Source: Sphyrna mokarran (taxonomy: Eukaryota). Taken from it: DNA of 64,000 nucleotides. Below the pieces are notes generated by a model. It saw only the letters and a list, made by a program, of their open reading frames with translations. It was not told where the DNA came from and made no database searches. The position numbers and the translations under genes were made by a program. The stretch is taken from the NCBI GenBank assembly GCA_024679065.1, contig JAGIQG010000012.1:50034001-50098000 (forward strand), read 5' to 3'. Within the stretch, counting starts at the first letter, position 1, and each line of letters begins with the position of its first letter. Positions 58,341 to 64,000 of the stretch are shown in pieces.

Positions 58341-60588
58341 CTTGGAAGTAAATGGAAAGTTTAAAGTAGAACTGTTTACAATTGGACATTCTCAAAATCT
58401 TCCTAGTTGAAAGCTACCAGTTCAACCATTGCAAATACAGATGCTTTTGCCATTGTCTCCAACTATGAAACTTTACACTTTCTTTGCATAAACATAACCT
58501 CTGTAATCTTTAACAGGCATGTCACAAATGCCTTTTATTAGGCAGGCTTCAGAATAGGACACATGACCCTCTTCAATTTATCCTACCTTAAAGACACAGT
58601 CCCAAAATATCATCTCTTATTTGTAACACCAGAAGTCTTTCCCAAGGGCATAGCAGAGGTGCAATAAGAAGTTTAATAATCTCACATAAGTGGTCAAGGT
58701 CAGTGAATGGTGTTCACTCAACATCCTCTACGTAATGCACCACTAACCTCACAATGCTCAATGTATTATTTAACCATTACTCATCTAGCACCAGTTCTTG
58801 ACACATGTTACTCCTCCTCTCCCTCACACACATTAGAATTATATTTGACCCATGCCCAATTCGTACTGCTTCCATATGTCTCCTGCTATTCAGCTGGAAT
58901 AGCACATCATTAGCATTCTACACATTCCCTTACAGGGAAAAGTCACTCGTAACCATCAGGACCAAAGCAGTACCAATGGGGGAATAAGGATGTCTGTACT
59001 TCCTGAACCTTACCAAGAAAATGTTATCCTCTCAAGAAGCCAGTGGCAGCACAATCCAAGGCATTCTATATCACTGAAAAAATTGAGAATGATGGTCTGT
59101 TACTACCTTCTGTCCCCTTCTCATCTTCCAGCTACATGCCTTCCTGTCTTTTGGTATTAACAGTAAGCTGCGGGTATTGTGACCATAAATCGGTTGCTTT
59201 TGAACCCACATCCTTCCTTCACCCCAACATTTCCCTTTTTGTTTTCCTGTCTTAACATACCCAAGAGTTGCCATCAGCCTAGTCATGGTATCCCAGAAAG
59301 GAAAAGAGAAAACAGCACAGCATTGATGTGGAGGCCCTATTACTCACAGTCAATAGTTTGGATAATTGCACAGTATGTACTTTGTATAAGGTTGATATCT
59401 GCATGTGGTAAGTCATCCGGCATGATTGGGCTACAACCAGATTAGAAGCAAAAGAGAATTTGTGAGCCAATTCACTGGAAGGTGAAATTTGCAGATGAAT
59501 TCTCCAGGAGATACAAAATGAGAATCTTAATGAAGCTGAATACGTGAGAACACCGACCCTCTGAGTAAACACTGAACCTCAGAGATACTGTGTGCAGCGA
59601 GTATGGAGGAGCCCAGCTCCATATGGACAGAGAACATCACACAAACCTTTTCCTCTGTGCAGCTTCTGTGCCATCTTCCTGCCATGCAACAGACAGAGAG
59701 GCACAATAACTATCTCCATATCTGTTGTAGCCTTTATGTGGTCAGGTCACCAAATCCTCTGCCCTCCAGGTGACAATCTAGGATCTCACCACATTCCCTC
59801 AAAACATATTTCACAGCATATCTAGTGACTTGACAAAACAGAAGTTCTTCAAAGTTACCTTACTACGTGTTGGGTGCCTGGTCTTTTAAATAATATTCAC
59901 GCTGAGCTCTCTTTACAGCTGAATCTAAGTTGATGATTGACAGTGAAATGAATCTGCAAGGTCCAAACTGGTAAACAGTGCATCAAATGGGCTAGAATGG
60001 CTGTTTGGCATCCGGATGACACCAGTTGGGCAGCTTCCCCACATGAGTTTGTAACGTGGGCCGTATTGAAAGCAGCTGGAGGCACTGCATGGCCCACTCA
60101 CAGGTCCTCCAGCTTCCAAATTGCAGTCTCCAATGCCTTTTCTGATCCAAATTCTGCACCCAGAATATTCATCTCAATACTCAAAGATGGGAGTGTCATG
60201 AAGAATAGGATGATAGTAGAATGTGGTGACCTGTTAATAACAGAACACGAAAAAAATGCTTCTCTTACAACCCCATTCTGTTAATACCAAATAAACGATA
60301 GGCTATTGAAACCTTTTCAACTGTATATTTTCTATTGATTCAGATAACATCCAATCAACAGAACCTTTTTCAAATATTTGAATATGTGAATCCACTTTAC
60401 TAGATATAGTCCTTGAGGAGACAACGGGTAAATGAGAGTCACTGACAAGGGGAAGGAATATTATTTAACAATTAATGAACCATTTTGCAACTCAACATTG
60501 AGATCAATTTCAACCTTGAACAAGAAGAAATTGTTCACATTTTTAAAAGGGCCAAATATATTGAGATCATATAAGCCGCTGAAAAGGT

Positions 60589-60656
60589 TTGTTCGTACAT
60601 AATATATGTTATAATAACCTAATTGTTCGTACATAATATATGTTATAATAACCTAA
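60589..60656. repeat. Perfect 34-bp tandem duplication
   Basis: ttgttcgtacataatatatgttataataacctaa x2. Confidence 0.95.
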
Positions 60657-62687
60657 CACACAATTGATGCAGGAGTTGCATCAATTCAATATGGTAAGCA
60701 TATTGAATAATTTCAGAACTGGCAGTTTTAATTTTGAAATAGCAGCAGCAGATTTTTTTTCAATTTATCACCAGATGTAAATTGCAATCAATACAAAGTA
60801 ATTCTTAAGTGATATAATCATATTATAAAGTCAGGGATATCTGCATATCTGTATGACTCTAAAAATATGTACCAGTGTCAAACTGATACCTGTAGTGGCA
60901 CTGAGCATAAAAGCTTTAATAAAGTTAGCCACTGAGCCTGTATTATAATACAACGCTATTTATGATTTCCCATTTCCAAAACTGCTGTGTCATACTTAGT
61001 ACAAGGAAGTTGTAGTTTCTTTCTGCTGCATATGTATTGGAAATATTTTCTAGGATGGTCACACCCAACTCTATTGTTTCCAGAAGGTGTATTTATGCCT
61101 CGTTTTAGGCTTCATTCAGAACAGTGGGGAAAAATCAGGCATTCTGTATAGGTATTACCAACAATATCAGTCCCTGAATAAGATTGATGTAAGTTGACTA
61201 TTTCTGTGAGCTGTACCACAGGAAAACACATTATGACATTTACAGGATTGAATGCCATTGTTGATTGCTTTTTGTTTGACAGCTTGCCAATTTGTTTACA
61301 ATAGCAGTTATGACTATGGTTTATTATAGAATTCAACTCAAAGTGTAGAAAATTGAAGATGAATGTTCCCCATGGGGCTAATGCCCGGTATCTGCCTTAA
61401 GGAGCAGCTAAAGTTAATAATAGTTTTCTGTTTATTTAAAACATTCCCATTTATTAATTTTCCTTCCATTGTTTCTGATTCTGATAGATTTGTTTCAGTA
61501 TAATGCAATAGAACAAAGCCACATGAGACGCTGTGCTCACTCATGCTGACATCAGACAGTGAGGTTTTTTAATAAGCACAATGTTCATTTGACACTTTCT
61601 AATCTTGACGGTTCTAATACATACCTTTAATCTCCTGGAGGCCCATCAAACATTCTGCAGGAGGTGGTACAGGAGAAGGATAAAGACCCTTCAGACATAA
61701 TCATTGAGTTCGAGGGTTACTAACTCAAATATAAGCCCCTCAGTTAGACTATGATGCAGATAATTGGGCTTTCACTTACAATGAGCAAGAGCAGATGGTA
61801 GAGATAGAATGCAATTCCTGAACTTAGGGGCTGCTGATCCCAAGAAGGTAATTCTGGAACAGCAAGAAGAAGTGTGTGTGACACTGACAGACCTCTCAGC
61901 AGCCTTCTGCATTCTTGGAGAGACATTGGAGGAGTCCACCTCAAGCATGAGTGTCCTGATGTTGCAAGTTTTTGTGTTAATGCCTTCACCCAAGGCAAGA
62001 GTGGTGGCAGTCTGCATGCAGTGATAAATGCATCAAACGAGTGCATGCTGGCATGCGCACTTTGAATGCCACCTGTAGGATTGATCAAAACCTTGCCTTG
62101 GCCACATAGTAACCCGTTCATGCTTGGCAAAGGGTTTTCCAGCTCATTACTACTAGGGTAGTGTGAGCATGCCATGAGAGACAAAGTGGAGAAAGGAGAA
62201 TGGAAATAGGGTCTATGTTCAAAGCACTTCCACTATTCATCCATTGTCTCCTGCTCCAGTCACTGGCCCTCTACCTCTTGGCTCAATAACTATGTCTGCT
62301 GTGCACGGGTGCAGGTGAAATAGTTTTTTACCTGGCTCTCATAAACTTCAAACCCAAAGAAGCTGCTTTTACCTCTGCTAAGGCCACAGGAATTGCACCT
62401 CATTAAATTAACAGAAAAGGGAAGAGTAAACATTTGTAGTTCCACAAGAGCATATACATGGGTGTGTTACACAATGTTAAATTGTTAATGAACGTACTGT
62501 TCATTTTCTGAATCACATAAAAAATCAATTATCTTCACCACTTCCCTGCCTTGCCCTTTATTACTTGTGGCCTGGCAAGTGGTCTTCTCAATTGAGATTA
62601 ACTGTGAGGTGAGACTTGAAGCCAAATCAAATTTCATCCCCCTTCTGTTGTTTTCTGTTGCCTGGTGTAAGTTGCAGAGGCCAAGTT

Positions 62688-62870
62688 GGTGGGGTGGGGC
62701 AGAGTATAGTGGGATAGGGCGGGGTGGGGGGGGGGGGGCAGGGTACAGTGGGATAGGGCAGGGGGGGGGGGGGGGGCAGGGTACAGTGGGGTGTGTGAAG
62801 CAGGATGGGACTTGGTAGGGATTGGTGGAATAGGACACAGTGGGGTGGGTGGGACACAGTGGAGTAGGGA
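62688..62870 (+). repeat. G-rich minisatellite-like tract (G-quadruplex potential)
   Basis: Repeated gggcag(a/g)gta(t/c)agtggg units separated by poly-G runs. Confidence 0.8.
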
Positions 62871-62899
62871 GGACTCAGCATGTGGCTGTTGACTGATGC

Positions 62900-63600
62900 A
62901 TTAATGCACTGCAAATAAATCATGTCATCATGAGGCTGTGGAGGTATTCCAGGCTGTGCAGTGTGCTCCTGCTGCTGCTGCCAGGGTCTAATCACATTCT
63001 CCTTCCTCCTCATCTGCCTGAAGAATCTATGCGTTCTGCACATTTCTTCTCCTGCAGCTCCAAACCTGCAGGCTGCTCTGTGTTGTGCAGAGCACCAGCG
63101 CACTGCCATGATTCTCCAAGTTCTATCTGATGCGTGATAAAAGGTACCACCTGATATGCAAAGGACCTGAAGTATATTTTCAGCATCCTAATTGATTACT
63201 CATGTGTTGTTGGGATTCATTGTTGTTAGACAATTCATCTAATGTTAGGTTTCTCATGGGTGTCATCAGCCATGTTTTAAGTGCATAGCCCTCCATCCGG
63301 TAAGCCTGTTCCAAGGTCTGAAGAGTTTAGGGAAGATGGATTGAGGCAGGCTGAGCGAATCATGCCATTTCCCCAGGAATCTTGCACACAGGATGATCTT
63401 TATGTGGCTGTACAGAAGCTGCAACCGTGACAGAGTGGAAGTCCTGATGGTTCATGCACATTCCGGATAATTGAGAGGTATTATAATTCTCATTTGCCTT
63501 CCACCCATTAGCTCTCATATGATGGCACTTTCAATATTGAGGTGAAAACAAGTGAAGGTTGAAATTGTAGCTTCTGTCCACTGTCTTGACTAATCAGGTG
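62900..63600 (-). pseudogene. Decayed PIF/Harbinger DDE transposase (C-terminal half)
   Basis: Minus strand CARF.G..HDS (~63390-63355), GYALKTWLMTPMRN (63290-63249), ALHN (~63090). Confidence 0.8.
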
Positions 63601-63899
63601 AAAAATGATAAGTTGGGCCCAGATATTTTCAGGCTACCAACGATTATAGAATTACAGCTCAGCAAGAGTCAGTGGCTTCAAAAACAGTTATAAAATCAGC
63701 AGAGTTGACTATCTGCCCACCTATTCATGCCAGTTTGCGGTCTGAGCTATTTTGAGGCTCACTAACATGTTAGCTCTGGGTTATTGGTACCAAGCAGGCA
63801 TTCAACTGCAACTCACCAGTTCCAGAAGGGCAGCAAACTGACTTGCTCAGATGCAGAGATAACCACCAGGTCGAATCCTGTGGGCAGAAGAGGGATGAA

Positions 63900-64000
63900 A
63901 TTTGATTTGATTTGATTTATTATTGTCACATCTATTGGTAGACAGTGAAAAGCATCATACGTAAGAATGTAAGAACATAAGAAATAGGAGCAGGAGTAGG
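63900..64000 (-). mobile_element. Rex1 tail (63900-63955) abutting a CR1 tail (63955-64000)
   Basis: (tttga)3 tttattattgtcaca, then taagaacataagaaataggagcaggagtagg. Confidence 0.75.

Noticed and set aside
1-64000. CRISPR arrays, rRNA, operons or viral genes
   Set aside because: No regularly spaced repeats or such ORFs seen; the window is intron-containing vertebrate DNA

Overview
Vertebrate genomic DNA, almost certainly a cartilaginous fish (shark-type V-SINE/HE1, DeuSINE, CR1, Rex1, Penelope and Harbinger repeats). It holds one host gene: the homeobox gene HLX on the minus strand (4 coding exons, 44698-41970, 375 aa, all junctions GT-AG and phase-consistent). HLX sits in a ~23 kb CpG-retaining, transposon-poor domain (~27-50 kb) with many enhancer-like motif clusters. 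The flanks are decayed transposable elements. Best second-look items: (1) a nest of SINE > CR1 LINE > Penelope element at 23.4-26.35 kb with both target-site duplications readable, which creates a chimeric 502-aa ORF ending in an intact GIY-YIG endonuclease; (2) an apparently intact minimal hammerhead ribozyme in that Penelope tail, with dead relatives elsewhere; (3) a V-SINE subfamily whose 3' end matches the Rex1 LINE tail; (4) an LF-SINE-like element ~12 kb upstream of HLX; (5) in-frame alternative splice acceptors in HLX. I cannot support a wholly new system. TE family names come from motif recognition and recalled consensus sequences, not database searches, and TE boundaries are approximate unless a TSD is quoted.
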